Assembly (NCBI GenBank): GCA_035716165.1
Contig: DASTKA010000867.1
Coordinates: 15,198 to 79,197, forward strand
Direction: 5' to 3'
DNA: 64,000 bases
Origin: Mycobacterium sp.
GTDB taxonomy: Bacteria; Actinomycetota; Actinomycetes; Mycobacteriales; Mycobacteriaceae
Made by a program: the position numbers and the translations under genes. Positions 56,567-64,000 of this stretch are shown here, piece by piece. Every line of letters begins with the position of its first letter. Within the stretch, counting starts at the first letter, position 1. The notes below the pieces were generated by a model. That model was given only the letters and a program-made list of their open reading frames with translations. It was not told where the DNA came from and ran no database searches.

Positions 56567-59031
56567 GTGGTTGGCTCCTCGTGTTCGGCGAGCAGCGCCT
56601 CGAGCTCCTGAGCGGTGATCGCACCGCTGGCCGAAGCCTGCTTGCGACTGAGCAGACCGCGCAACCGATCGCCCAGACTGGGGCGCCCAGCGCTGGCGCG
56701 CGGAAGGTCGGCCGCCCCATGCTCGCGCGTCTGCTCCTCATCGGCCGCACGTGCGGCCTGCCTCGCGGCGGTCTCGCGCTGCAAGCGCTGGTGGTCCTGT
56801 GCGGCTTGCCACTCGGCATACTGCTGGCGACCGCGCTCCGCCCACTGCTCCGAGGTCATTTCGCGCGTCGGTGAAGTAGACGGCGGTGCGATGACCTCTG
56901 GCTCGCCGGCGATGCGACCGCCTGTGCCGATGCCCATGTAGTGCTCTGGGGTCTCCGCGTAGTGCGGCACCGGCGAACTTCCGGTGCCCTCGGATCCGTC
57001 GTGCGCTTCATGGTCGCCCTCTCCGCCGATCCGCATGCCTCCGACGCGGCCGATCGCATCGCGCTCGTTCTGCGCGTGGGCTGCTGCGGCGTCGCGGCGG
57101 GCGTCCGACTGGTCGCGCAGCCCCTGGGCATGTGCGGCGCGGCGTCCGGCGAGATCAGCCTGAGCAGCCCGTCTCGCTGCTGCCGAATCGTGCGCGGCGC
57201 CGATGTGCGCGTCGTGCTGCGCCTGAAGCCGCGAGACCCTGCTCTCGATCTGCGCCGCGCGACCGGGCGAGGCAGCTCGCGCCTTGCTCTTGAGGTCCTT
57301 GATCTTGCCCTTGAGGTCGGCGGCCGCGTCGCGATGGTGCTGTTCGTCGGCGCGGTGGCCTTCGATTTGCCGCATGTGATCGCGGCTGTCGAAGGCGCGG
57401 GTCCAGGAATGACCCGCGGCGGCGCCAGAGCCGCCGCCTGACGTCCACTTGCCGTCCGCTGCGCGTGGCTGATCTGGTGCGTACTTCCCGACCGGCTCGC
57501 CAGGCGCCGCCTGCCCCGGATCCGACGCCGCCGTCGCCGGCGCTGCGGCCGGATCGAGCGCCTCGAGCCGCCCGTCCGGCCCGACGCGCTCGATCTCGGT
57601 GCCGCGCGGCAGCAGCAGATCTGTGTCATCGATCTCGGGTGCCGGCGGCAGCTTGAGCCGGCCGCGCAGCACGTTGATCGCCGGATCGGTCGGGTTGAGT
57701 CCGGCCTGAAACAGCGACGCGAGCGCCTGACACGCGGCCTGGACCGAGCCGGTCGCCACAGGCTCGACGATGATGTTCGGGAGGAACAGCTCCGGATCGA
57801 TCCCGTTCATCACGAGTAGGCGCGCCGCGATATCCCGCTTCGCGTCGGCGGCGAGGTCCTCGTTCACGCTGTTCACGCACAGCGCGAACATGGCCGTCTT
57901 GTCCTCATGCATCGAGTACGCGCCGCCTGAGTCTTGGCCGCCGAGCAGCAGCCACTCGGCGCACATCACGCGCGCGATATCGGCGGTTTCGCGACCGATG
58001 GCTTCGCCGATCGCGGCAAGCGATGTCGAGCCGCTGCCCTTGATCAGGTCGAACGCGTACTCGTAGATCGAACTCGGCGACTGCGACGCGCTCTTGTCCG
58101 TGTACGTCGCGCTGTCGAGCAGAATCCCCTGCTCGGCGTTCTTGTTGTGGTTCTTGAGGAGGTCGTACATCCAGCCGACCTCCTGGAGGACCTTCGCCTT
58201 GATCTCGGCCGGCGAGAGACCCTGCGGCATCTCGTTCTGCAGCTTCGCCAGCGGCGCGCGAGCAACGGGCACGCCCGATAGATCGGTCTGGAACCCGATG
58301 CCCTCGAACTTCTTGAACAGCGCGAGCCGACGCACATGATCGGCGAGCTGGCGCAAAACGCCGACGCCCTCCGGCGAGGGCGATAGCGTGTTCTCCACCG
58401 AGTAGAACAGCCGCTCGCGCGGGATGTACCAGGTGTTCTGACCCGCCGCTGGCGTCATCTGCTCCACGCCGGTCCACTCGGCCTGTGGGTCCGGCCGGTT
58501 CCAGCGCCAGATCGTCCACTGCGGCCGATCTTGGATGTCGCCGACGACGATCATGTCGTCGGCCGCGCGGCGCTTGAGCAGGACCTCGTGCACCGCGAAG
58601 CCCTTGAAGCGCTTCATCGACTGGCGACGAAAGATCTGGTTGACTGGCGTCGTCAGCTGGGCATTGAGAAACCCCTGATCGACGATATCAGCGGCGCGCT
58701 GCGCGTCCTGGCCGCCGATCTTGTTCGGCTCCACGGTGAGCTTCGCGGAGCCCACGAGCTGCGTCCAGATGTTCACCGCTGACGAGACGATCGCGACACC
58801 AAGGATCGCGTTGTCGAACGCGGTCCACTTGTTGATCCCGACGAGCCCTGGATCCCGTTCGCCGGTGACCAAGAACCCGCCGACGTTGACGATGCCATCG
58901 CTGCCGGCCGGCTTGCTTGGCGCCGCTGGCGTTGCAGCCGCGGAGGTGAACCCGCTGACGCTCGACGTGGGCGAGGCCTTGGCGACGTCTACGTCAGGCG
59001 TCGTGGATCGTCGTGACCATGGCCAGCGCAC
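56563..59031 (-). CDS. Portal protein (DUF935-like) with about 300-aa C-terminal extension
   Basis: Follows terminase; SPEGVGVLR, EGIGFQTDLSGVP, EWLLLG...GAYSM..DKT. Confidence 0.88.
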   Translation of the reverse strand: MRWPWSRRSTTPDVDVAKASPTSSVSGFTSAAATPAAPSKPAGSDGIVNVGGFLVTGERDPGLVGINKWTAFDNAILGVAIVSSAVNIWTQLVGSAKLTVEPNKIGGQDAQRAADIVDQGFLNAQLTTPVNQIFRRQSMKRFKGFAVHEVLLKRRAADDMIVVGDIQDRPQWTIWRWNRPDPQAEWTGVEQMTPAAGQNTWYIPRERLFYSVENTLSPSPEGVGVLRQLADHVRRLALFKKFEGIGFQTDLSGVPVARAPLAKLQNEMPQGLSPAEIKAKVLQEVGWMYDLLKNHNKNAEQGILLDSATYTDKSASQSPSSIYEYAFDLIKGSGSTSLAAIGEAIGRETADIARVMCAEWLLLGGQDSGGAYSMHEDKTAMFALCVNSVNEDLAADAKRDIAARLLVMNGIDPELFLPNIIVEPVATGSVQAACQALASLFQAGLNPTDPAINVLRGRLKLPPAPEIDDTDLLLPRGTEIERVGPDGRLEALDPAAAPATAASDPGQAAPGEPVGKYAPDQPRAADGKWTSGGGSGAAAGHSWTRAFDSRDHMRQIEGHRADEQHHRDAAADLKGKIKDLKSKARAASPGRAAQIESRVSRLQAQHDAHIGAAHDSAAARRAAQADLAGRRAAHAQGLRDQSDARRDAAAAHAQNERDAIGRVGGMRIGGEGDHEAHDGSEGTGSSPVPHYAETPEHYMGIGTGGRIAGEPEVIAPPSTSPTREMTSEQWAERGRQQYAEWQAAQDHQRLQRETAARQAARAADEEQTREHGAADLPRASAGRPSLGDRLRGLLSRKQASASGAITAQELEALLAEHEEPTT

Positions 59032-59072
59032 GATCGGAGCGTCGCCGCGCGAGGCATAGGGGGTCGAAACTG

Positions 59073-60716
59073 CTAGCCGATCGGCACGACCATGCCGCCG
59101 AAGGAGGAGCGGCGAGCCTTGGGCGTTGCGACCTCAGCCGCGAATGCCCGGCTGATCGCGTCGGCGATATCGTCATGATCGCCGTACGGAAAATCGATCA
59201 GCTCGCTGCGCGCGATCTCGCAGCCCGGGTGGCGGACCACGACGAAGTTACCGATCTCGGCCTGGCCTGACACCGGCTTGCAGCGCGTGACCTTGTCCTT
59301 CGCCTCGGGTGAGCTCGTCACGTAGCGGCCGACCGCGCACTCGCGCTTGACGTAGTCCGCATAGAGCTTTCCGGTGCCCGGATCCTCCGGAATCGACCAG
59401 TCGACCGATCGCTCATCGGCCGCGTGCTGATCGCGGATAAACTGCTCGTGCTGGCCGGGCGTGCCTCGCTTCGTGGCCGTGTGCCACAAGTAGAACTTCC
59501 CGTCGGTGCCGCGAGCAACGCGAGCACAGGCAGTCGGGTCAGCGTCGGGACTCGCGCCGCCACCGCCGAAATCCCAGCCGCGTTTTCCAACACTGACGCC
59601 TTTCGGCACCTCGTGTGGCTCGATGACCGGCAACCATTCGGCCTTGAACCAGCTGCCGCTGAGCTCCAACGGCCACTGATCGAACTGCGCCGCGACCGCG
59701 CTCGTGCCGCCCTCGAGCGTCATCTGCGCTTCCATCGCAGCGACCACTGACTCCGGGAAGCGCACCGGATCAGCGAGATCGCCTACCGCGGTCCGCGGAT
59801 CGCTCCACCCGATCGACGACGACCGCCACGTCGGCTGCTTGCGTGCCGGGTGCTGGTCGCCCTTGTAGCGCATCTCGATCAACAGCGTTTCGTAGCCGAG
59901 CGCCGGGTTCCGCTGGATCACGCCGAAGATGTCGTGCAGGTGGATGCGCTGGCCGATACCGATCGTCGCGCTCTGCTGCACGGGCCGATCGTCGTCCGGA
60001 TCCTGCTCGAGGCCAAGCCCGTGCACCTCGCGGATCCAGTACGGCACCTTGATGCGCGTGTCGCCGGCCGCGTTCCGCACGCGGGTCGGGAGCGTCTGCG
60101 CAAACCAGCGCGTCGCGACCCTCAGTTCGGCCTCGCTGTCGCCGTCTTTGACCGCATGCGGATCGTCGAAGATCAGGCGATCGGCTCGAAAGCCGGTGCC
60201 CTGGCCGCGCACTGAGCTCGATCGGCGCCAACCGCTCTTGTCGTTCTTGTAGTAGCTCTTGGCGTTGCTGCTGTCGTCGAGATCGAATCGATCACCCCAG
60301 AAGCGCTGGTAGACCTCGCTCTCGATGATTTTGCGACAGTCGGCGTTCTGATCCTCGGCAAGCGCATCGCTGTAGGACCAGCTCATGTACCGCAGATCCG
60401 GACGATTGCGCGGCCCCCATTCCCACGCCGGCCACATCACGTTGACCAGTCTGCTCTTAGTGAATCCCGGCGGGACGTTCACCGCGAGCTTGGAAATGCG
60501 GCCGTCGCTGACCGCCTCTAGGTGATCGCAGATCGCCTCCTGAACCCAGCCGCGCACGAACGGCTGACCCGGATCGAGCACCGGCCACATCAGCTCGACG
60601 AAGTCGATCAGGTGGGCTTCCGCGCGCCCCTGCGCGCGCCGCATCGCCCGACGCCGCAGTTCAGCGCGGGCGGCGCGCGCGATCTCAGTTCGAGTCGCTG
60701 GGTCCGTGTTCCCCAT
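59073..60716 (-). CDS. terL: Terminase large subunit
   Basis: NVPPGFTKS, TGFRADRLIFDDPH, QRIH..D, RGWD, FP.G.HDDIADA. Confidence 0.93.
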   Translation of the reverse strand: MGNTDPATRTEIARAARAELRRRAMRRAQGRAEAHLIDFVELMWPVLDPGQPFVRGWVQEAICDHLEAVSDGRISKLAVNVPPGFTKSRLVNVMWPAWEWGPRNRPDLRYMSWSYSDALAEDQNADCRKIIESEVYQRFWGDRFDLDDSSNAKSYYKNDKSGWRRSSSVRGQGTGFRADRLIFDDPHAVKDGDSEAELRVATRWFAQTLPTRVRNAAGDTRIKVPYWIREVHGLGLEQDPDDDRPVQQSATIGIGQRIHLHDIFGVIQRNPALGYETLLIEMRYKGDQHPARKQPTWRSSSIGWSDPRTAVGDLADPVRFPESVVAAMEAQMTLEGGTSAVAAQFDQWPLELSGSWFKAEWLPVIEPHEVPKGVSVGKRGWDFGGGGASPDADPTACARVARGTDGKFYLWHTATKRGTPGQHEQFIRDQHAADERSVDWSIPEDPGTGKLYADYVKRECAVGRYVTSSPEAKDKVTRCKPVSGQAEIGNFVVVRHPGCEIARSELIDFPYGDHDDIADAISRAFAAEVATPKARRSSFGGMVVPIG

Positions 60717-61158
60717 TGGGCGTGTCCATCTCTGCCTCCGGCGTCGGTGCTGGTGTGTCGAGCTTCGCCAGCACCTCGAGATCCGCGTCGGTCAGGTCAT
60801 CGAACTTCGGCTGTTCGTCGCTCGGCTCCTCGGGCGCTACCACCTGGGGTGCCTTGCCGGCGACGCGCTCGGTGAGCCAATCGTGGGCGTAGCAGCGACT
60901 GCGAGAATCGTCGGGAAGATTCGTGAACGTGTAGCTCTTGCCGCCCTTGAGTTCGACGGTCGCCGTCTGTCGCATCACAGCGAGCGGAAACGCTGTCAGC
61001 TCGGCGCCGTCGTCCGTGTTCTCCGTGATCAGCCGAGCTATCACCGCGGCGGCCTTGCTGCGGCCACCAGGATTCGGCGACGGCATGCCCTTGTACCACT
61101 TGCTCGGGTTCTTCTCGGGCAGGTTGGCGGCGGCAGTCTTCGTGCGTCCGTTTCTCAC
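60685..61158 (-). CDS. terS: Terminase small subunit (DUF5681-type)
   Basis: WYKGMPSPNPGGR; GKAPQ; LTDADL; overlaps terL. Confidence 0.75.
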   Translation of the reverse strand: MRNGRTKTAAANLPEKNPSKWYKGMPSPNPGGRSKAAAVIARLITENTDDGAELTAFPLAVMRQTATVELKGGKSYTFTNLPDDSRSRCYAHDWLTERVAGKAPQVVAPEEPSDEQPKFDDLTDADLEVLAKLDTPAPTPEAEMDTPNGEHGPSDSN

Positions 61159-61218
61159 AGGATCAGAGTAGCGGCGGTGCTGCGGCGGGCCGATCTACGC
61201 CGCGCCGGCCGCGGCGAG

Positions 61219-61401
61219 TCATGCCTGGTTCTTCCGCAGCGCAGCAGCGGCGAGCGCACACCACGGATGCTCGCGGTGCTTGGCGAGTAGCTCCTCTGGG
61301 GAGGCAAACTCGAACGCAGATCCGACGCACTCGGCACCGCAGTGGTCACAGGTAACGCGAGGTGCCGGCGGTAGAAGCGGTGGTCGCTGGTCGCGCCACA
61401 T
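61219..61401 (-). CDS. Small zinc-finger-like protein
   Basis: CDHC...H...HPWC. Confidence 0.45.
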   Translation of the reverse strand: MWRDQRPPLLPPAPRVTCDHCGAECVGSAFEFASPEELLAKHREHPWCALAAAALRKNQA

Positions 61402-61458
61402 GAGCGTCAGGCAGGCGAAGCACGGCCCATGGCCGGCGGCGCTGGAGCACCGGAGGCG

Positions 61459-61869
61459 TCATGGCGCCCTCGTTACGCGCAGCATCGCGCACAGCCACCG
61501 CGCACCGTCGAACCGGCTGGCGTTCATCTCGATCAGGAGCGACTCGAGACGCTGCTGCTCGGTCAGCTGGCGGACGGTCGAGCGGATGCGGCCGCGCTCG
61601 TCGCGGGTGAGTTCGAGGGTATCGCCGGTACCGACTGCCTTGTCGACGGCGGCCAGCGCGTCGAGTTCAGCAAGCACGCGCTCCCGGCTGTCGACTTCAG
61701 GCATCGGCACGTCTTCGCAGACCTCGCGGCTCTTCTGGCCGCATCCATCGCACAGGCATCCGATCGCCGGCTCGGCGCACCACGAGCACTTCCCGGCTCG
61801 CCGCAGCTTCGCCCTGCGACGGCGCTGCAAGATGCGCTCGCGCGTGTGCACCGTGACAGGTCTACTCAT
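61459..61869 (-). CDS. Zinc-finger hypothetical protein
   Basis: GKCSWC...LCDGC; overlaps upstream gene. Confidence 0.6.
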   Translation of the reverse strand: MSRPVTVHTRERILQRRRRAKLRRAGKCSWCAEPAIGCLCDGCGQKSREVCEDVPMPEVDSRERVLAELDALAAVDKAVGTGDTLELTRDERGRIRSTVRQLTEQQRLESLLIEMNASRFDGARWLCAMLRVTRAP

Positions 61870-62494
61870 CGCCACTCCGCGGCCCGTGCCGCTTGCCAAA
61901 GTGCCCATTGCGCTCCAGCACATCGTCGATATGCCGAGTCGCCCGGTCGAGCTCGTGGAGCGCCGCGCTCTTGACGTTCGACCGCTGGATCCGCGGCTGC
62001 GCCTGCACCTCGGGCGTCTCCAGCAGCGCGAGTCCCTCGCGTCCGGACCGGAAGCACTTCTCGGCCATGTCGAGGTCCTGCCGATCGAGCTGCGCGCGCG
62101 GCTGCTGCCCGCGCTTGCCCTGGCCGTGGTACCGAGTTCGGCCGTCGGCGTGGGTGCGGGTCGCGGCGGCGATCTGAGCGGTGCGGTCGTGTACAGCCTC
62201 GCTGACACCTCCGTCGGAGGCACGGATCCGCTGGCGACGGATTCGGCACGGCAGGCACGACGTACTGCCCGGGGTCGCCGCGGCCGGACTGCGGCCCGAA
62301 CACCAGAGACAGAGTCCAGCAGACCGCCGCGACTCTCGCAACCGTTGTTTCGCCTCCCGATTGCGGCGGCGGGCCGCGCGGTGATGCCGCTTGCACATCG
62401 CGGAGTCGTCACTCGCGCGCCGCTTACACCCACCCTCAGTGCAGATGCCGCGCTCTTTGCGCTCCTGATACGACAACTTCGCAGCGGCACTCAT
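61862..62494 (-). CDS. Basic Cys-rich zinc-finger protein
   Basis: GICTEGGC...CKRH; GLCLWC...CLPC. Confidence 0.7.
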   Translation of the reverse strand: MSAAAKLSYQERKERGICTEGGCKRRASDDSAMCKRHHRAARRRNREAKQRLRESRRSAGLCLWCSGRSPAAATPGSTSCLPCRIRRQRIRASDGGVSEAVHDRTAQIAAATRTHADGRTRYHGQGKRGQQPRAQLDRQDLDMAEKCFRSGREGLALLETPEVQAQPRIQRSNVKSAALHELDRATRHIDDVLERNGHFGKRHGPRSGDE

Positions 62495-62564
62495 TCAGTG
62501 GTCGGGTGTCCGCTGTTCAATGAAGCCGTCATGCTTGGGCCGGTCGCAGGATCTCCCTGCGCTC

Positions 62565-62753
62565 CTATGGCGGACTGCACCCACCGTCACCATACACAGC
62601 GCCGGAGCGCAGTGCACGCTCGTCGATGGTGTCCGCGTGGTTGTACACGACAGCGTGCAGCTCTCGCTCCTGCAGCCACCCTCTCGCCGCGACCCTCTGC
62701 GCAGCTGAGCACGGGATGCGCCCGGCGGCGAGGGCGAGCATCAGGCTCAGCAC
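62565..62753 (-). CDS. Small hypothetical protein
   Basis: Overlaps upstream ORF end. Confidence 0.35.
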   Translation of the reverse strand: MLSLMLALAAGRIPCSAAQRVAARGWLQERELHAVVYNHADTIDERALRSGAVYGDGGCSPP

Positions 62754-62965
62754 CGCGGGCCGAGCAGCCAGCCGAGCGCGAACCACTCGGCGGCAGCGAG
62801 CACGGCAAGCGACACTGCGATCCCGGGCCAGCGAACGATGAGCGTCGTACTCGAGCCGTCGCGGCGGAACCAGCCGAGGGCCAGCGGCACCCGATCGCGC
62901 CGGCACGACGCCTTCCACGCGGCAGCGTCGCCGTCTCCGCGCACCACATACCCCAGCGCCCTCAC
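62747..62965 (-). CDS. Small membrane protein
   Basis: GTGA overlap; C-terminal TM. Confidence 0.45.
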   Translation of the reverse strand: MRALGYVVRGDGDAAAWKASCRRDRVPLALGWFRRDGSSTTLIVRWPGIAVSLAVLAAAEWFALGWLLGPRC

Positions 62966-63360
62966 GCCGGCTGTGTCCCGGTCGGCCCGACGCCGTTCCA
63001 GCTCACACCCGAGACGTCGGCCGGCGCCGGCGAAGTCCCGGTGAACGTCACGGTGCCAGTGCGGCCCGCGGCGCTGATCCGGACGCTCCACGGCTGGGCG
63101 GTCTGAACCACGCCGGGCGCGAAGCGCAGGACGCGCGCTCCATCTTGGGTGACAGCGATCTGGGTGATCGTCACCGCGGCAGGCGTCGCGCCATCGGCAC
63201 CGCCCTGCAGGTACGTGAACGTCAGCGGGGTGTCCCGATCGATCGCGCCCGGGTTCGCGCCGGTGACCGGATCCACGGCGTTGGCGGTGACGGTGACCTC
63301 GGCGTACTGGGCAGCACGGGTTGCGGGGTCGAAGTTGATGGCGGGAGGAGTGTTTGACAT
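62962..63360 (-). CDS. Beta-rich hypothetical protein
   Basis: TTGGCC...CACCAT-N7-ATG leaderless-type start; T/A/P/V-rich. Confidence 0.65.
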   Translation of the reverse strand: MSNTPPAINFDPATRAAQYAEVTVTANAVDPVTGANPGAIDRDTPLTFTYLQGGADGATPAAVTITQIAVTQDGARVLRFAPGVVQTAQPWSVRISAAGRTGTVTFTGTSPAPADVSGVSWNGVGPTGTQPA

Positions 63361-63465
63361 GCGACAGATGGTGGCCTGCGGGCGCGGAGCGGGCCAATTG
63401 CAGAGTGGGGACCGGTACTTGTGAATCTCACGTATTGCAAATCTCGCTCGAGGCGCATACGAGCT

Positions 63466-63708
63466 ATGCATCAGACAGCCAAGAAGAAGCTCGTCCTTCG
63501 CAAAATCACCCTCCGCGATCTCGCCAACGTGCGCGGCGCCGCTGACGGAAACACTGTAGGTAACTGCAACACCGCTGCGGTGTGCTTCCCGAGTACCATT
63601 GCCACTGGCAACGGATGCGGCACGGTGACGTGCATGCTCTGCAGCAACTCCACAGGAGGAAGCGTCGCCAGCAACGGGTGCGGCGACAACAGCATCAGTC
63701 CAGTCTGA
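63466..63708 (+). CDS. 80-aa RiPP-like precursor peptide (GA-type leader, Cys/Ser/Thr/Asn/Gly-rich core)
   Basis: MHQTAKKKLVLRKITLRDLANVRGA|ADGNTVGNCNTAAVC...; 6 Cys; followed by terminator. Confidence 0.8.
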   Translation: MHQTAKKKLVLRKITLRDLANVRGAADGNTVGNCNTAAVCFPSTIATGNGCGTVTCMLCSNSTGGSVASNGCGDNSISPV

Positions 63709-63727
63709 GTCGATCGCCGCGTAGTCG

Positions 63728-63761
63728 CGACCCGCTGGGCGAGAAGCTCAGCGGGTCGTTT
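63728..63761 (+). terminator. Intrinsic terminator-like hairpin
   Basis: CGACCCGCTGGGC-GAGAA-GCTCAGCGGGTCG followed by TTTGTCGTT. Confidence 0.7.
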
Positions 63762-63794
63762 GTCGTTGCGGGACCGGTACTTGTGAGTTTGCGG

Positions 63795-63823
63795 TTGCGC
63801 GTCGGCGAATTTGTAGCTAGTTT
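63795..63823 (+). promoter_or_regulatory. Sigma70-like promoter TTGCGC-N17-TAGTTT
   Basis: 17-nt spacer, 7 nt before ATG 63831. Confidence 0.6.
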
Positions 63824-63830
63824 ATTCTCC

Positions 63831-64000
63831 ATGGAGACGACGACGCGCACCGAGATCCGAATCAGCGCCAACGACGTCCAGTACCGCGGCTACACGCTCG
63901 ACCAGATCCAGGCGATCGTCGCCCCTGTCGAGTGCCCGGCTGACGTGACTCCGGATCTGGACTATTCTGCCGGTGGCGGCATCGGGCGACCGTGCATCGT
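63831..64000 (+). CDS. 3'-truncated hypothetical protein
   Basis: METTTRTEIRISANDVQYRGY... open to window end. Confidence 0.6.
   Translation, partial: METTTRTEIRISANDVQYRGYTLDQIQAIVAPVECPADVTPDLDYSAGGGIGRPCI

Larger units (their letters stand above)
31192..59069 (-). promoter_or_regulatory. Dispersed late-promoter motif (TTTCGMCCC-like 9-mer, N16-17, GACGCT-like hexamer, N6-7, start codon), 12 copies
   Basis: 5' ends at 31230, 31271, 34166, 37110, 39858, 45014, 46930, 51088, 52288, 53731, 55420, 59069; 11 of 12 lie 37-38 nt from a start codon. Confidence 0.85.
63408..63786 (+). repeat. 17-bp direct repeat GGGACCGGTACTTGTGA (63408-63424 and 63770-63786) flanking a peptide gene
   Basis: Exact match seen in sequence. 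Confidence 0.9.
1..64000. mobile_element. Temperate siphovirus-type phage genome segment, probable Myxococcota host
   Basis: Complete head-neck-tail-lysis gene order on the - strand, integrase and recombination genes on the + strand, many ATGA/GTGA-coupled small ORFs, no housekeeping genes, no tail sheath recognised. Confidence 0.95.

Noticed and set aside
63325-63333. CTTCGACCC on the - strand as a 13th late promoter
   Set aside because: It lies inside a coding region with no matching hexamer or start codon at the fixed spacing.
25769-63708. A complete lanthipeptide/RiPP biosynthetic cluster
   Set aside because: Only precursor-like peptides are present. No LanB/C/M, YcaO, radical-SAM or peptidase-transporter was recognised, and the kinase lacks lyase and cyclase domains, so it is not LanKC/LanL.

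Overview
A 64-kb, very GC-rich stretch of a temperate long-tailed (siphovirus-type) phage genome, with no flanking host chromosome visible. About 1-25.9 kb (+ strand) is an early/accessory arm: tightly overlapping small ORFs, a PD-(D/E)XK exonuclease / Sak4-like ATPase / SSB-like recombination trio, a degenerate tRNA-like element, an output-less TM-sensor-TM-HAMP receptor, excisionase-like and tyrosine integrase genes, a 2OG-Fe(II) oxygenase-like gene, and a transmembrane Ser/Thr kinase-WD40 receptor. About 26.4-63.4 kb (- strand) is the late arm: terminase, portal, MuF, XkdF-like protease/scaffold, capsid, neck, tail tube, frameshifting chaperone, tape measure, baseplate/tail proteins, holin and amidase endolysin. 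The kinase architecture and peptide style suggest a myxobacterial (Myxococcota) host; this is inference. The best candidate for a new system is a 54-aa double-glycine-leader Cys/Ser/Thr peptide, missed by the ORF track, that is translationally coupled to the receptor kinase. A second peptide with the same leader sits in a repeat-flanked cassette at 63.4-63.8 kb. Together they suggest a possible phage peptide-ligand/receptor-kinase signalling system. A 12-copy late promoter motif driving mostly leaderless starts was also read from the sequence. All family assignments come from motif recognition by eye, not database searches.
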